From: Octopus sinensis
Taxonomy: Eukaryota
Direction: 5' to 3'
Length of the DNA stretch: 64,000 nucleotides
Assembly (NCBI RefSeq): GCF_006345805.1
Contig: NW_021836132.1
Span: 1 to 64,000 of the forward strand
Below the pieces are notes generated by a model that saw only the letters and a list, made by a program, of their open reading frames with translations, was not told where the DNA came from and did not search any database. Within the stretch, counting starts at the first letter, position 1, and each line of letters starts with the position of its first letter. Below are positions 63,174-64,000 of the stretch, piece after piece. Position numbers and translations under genes: made by a program.

Positions 63174-63464
63174 AAATATGTAAAATCCAAATATCGAGCA
63201 AACTTGTCGGATGAGCACTTACACTTTCTTTTGATAATCGGGACAACAGACTTGACGCCTGATTACAATAAAATATATAAAACGAAAAGTCAGTTTCATC
63301 ATTCTCATTAAAAGCTAATGTTTAAATCTTTTTTTGTTATTCTGTCTTAGTCGTAGTTAAAAAATTAGGAACATTATTAAATCTAATTGATTTTACACTA
63401 TGGCCCATGGTCATCTACCAAATATTCTATCCGGCCCGCGTTGTCAAAAGTTTGGAGACCCCTA
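63174..63464 (+). mobile_element. hAT transposase 3' part, right half, with terminal repeat
   Basis: KYVKSKYRANLSDEHLHFLLII..PDY; ends GGCCCGCG..AAAAGTTTGGAGACCCCT, a typical hAT right end. Confidence 0.85.
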
Positions 63465-64000
63465 ATATAGCGAATGAAAGGAGATGTACAATTATAGTTG
63501 TTTGTTGGTAGAAAAACGCTTTTTCTGGAAGAATCTACAAAAATTGTTGTTTATTTCATTTTTCAAATAAAATTCTCACTAGAGGTAAAAAGTAATTTCC
63601 AGTGGGTTGAATGAACGTAGTTGACTTCTTTTTAATTTAGATTTTTTTATTTTATAAAAAAACTATTTTATTTACTGAAATATTCTAAATAAATTATTGT
63701 TTTTATGCTGTCGTTGTGGTCGTGATATGGTTGTCTTTATAATTGGACAATTTTGTGAATAGTCATAAGACGACGACAACCAGAAATGATCGAGTCAAAT
63801 ATTCTTAAAATTAATTTGGCGGGAAAATTTTAATGGTTAAATTATCTGAAATTTCATCATTTTGTAATATTTGTGAGTTTATTCCTTCAATCTGTTTATT
63901 CCACTTATTTTGAAATTTTTGAAAAATTATTTTCTCCTTGATTTTTATTTATTGAATTTCATCATATTTTTAATAAACATTTCTATTCTTTATAACACAA

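Overview
AT-rich eukaryotic (animal) genomic DNA, not prokaryotic. Host genes are compact and carry GT-AG introns of only about 21-31 nt. The intact host genes are EXOSC7/RRP42, a miniature WAVE/SCAR, MED17, a CNGA-type channel, SLC35F, an innexin and a secreted Ca-binding EGF protein. Micro-introns plus a protostome-type innexin suggest a reduced, probably parasitic invertebrate (inference). The rest is mostly transposon-derived: pogo/Tigger, hAT, Tc1/IS630, Ginger-like TGT..ACA integrase transposons with 5-bp TSDs, and RTE, CRE/REL and APE-RT LINEs, plus decayed copies of HisRS and an EH-domain gene. Highlights: (1) two near-identical LINE copies sit head-to-tail at the same target nick, with three copies of the target duplication, inside a TIR-bounded Ginger-like element that itself splits a hAT transposase; (2) a 25-unit 127-bp satellite derives from a Myb/SANT coding sequence fused in frame to an intron-containing integrase; (3) a satellite of telomeric hexamers alternating with a constant spacer lies inside the Ginger element; (4) transposases of three superfamilies carry host-style micro-introns. 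All protein family calls are from motif recognition by eye, not database searches.
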